Made by a program: the position numbers and the translations under genes. From the IMG/VR virus record IMGVR_UViG_2734482784_000001: a stretch of 18,381 nt of DNA; one strand, 5' to 3'. The DNA comes from a virus (Duplodnaviria > Heunggongvirae > Uroviricota > Caudoviricetes). This document shows positions 18,164 through 18,381 of this stretch, piece after piece (within the stretch, counting starts at the first letter, position 1; each line of letters begins with the position of its first letter). Below the pieces are notes generated by a model that saw nothing but the letters and a program-made list of their open reading frames with translations, ran no database searches and was not told the DNA's origin.

Positions 18164-18381
18164 AAATAAATTAGCCTGATGGCCTGAACTACTGGGCCAT
18201 TAGGGTATTGGGTTATGCTATTTGTCATCCTTTTATTTACGATAATGCAGAGGTGATTTACAGAATTAAACACTTTTTTATCCGCTGATTTTGTTTTAAA
18301 TCACAATGTTATCTCAGAGATGACTCATAACTTCGGATTTCTATGAAAATATTGACGTAATTTTGGGTAATGACTCCAACT

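Noticed and set aside
1-18381. CRISPR arrays, tRNA/rRNA genes, IS elements or transposase genes
   Set aside because: No direct-repeat/spacer arrays, no tRNA-like cloverleaf candidates and no transposase-like ORFs or terminal inverted repeats were seen by eye. A tRNAscan or ISfinder run would be needed to be definitive.
18164-18381. Possible hairpin ATGGCC…GGCCAT after ydeI as a terminator
   Set aside because: Only a 6-bp stem with a 10-nt loop and no U-tract; too weak to call. The rest of the segment looks like promoter DNA for the next gene.

Overview
This window is the right arm of a decayed lambdoid (Qin-like) prophage, about 1-9980, joined to ordinary Escherichia coli-type chromosome, about 9982-18381. 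All calls rest on reading the sequence and recalling protein families from memory; no database search was run. Phage side: the 3' end of an unidentified ORF, a gnsB-like 57-codon gene, a 68-codon unknown ORF, a chimeric ORF joining a terminase large-subunit N-terminal ATPase region to a lambda J-like C-terminal region, a lom-family outer-membrane protein gene, a 1258-codon mosaic side tail fibre with a self-cleaving chaperone-type C-terminus, an orphan tail-fibre-assembly 3' remnant, a PinQ/PinR-type serine invertase, and a ydfK-like cold-shock gene with a stop at codon 3. The prophage abuts a 5'-truncated ydfJ transporter gene that also carries an in-frame amber codon. Chromosomal side: ydfI, ydfZ (with a plausible FNR site), rspR/ydfH, ydfG, dcp, ydeJ and ydeI, all apparently intact. 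No CRISPR array, tRNA/rRNA gene or IS element was recognised. The most interesting observations are signatures of prophage decay and mosaicism rather than a clearly new system; the best candidates for unexplored function are the moron block at 1-1046 and the long non-coding region at 9199-9981.
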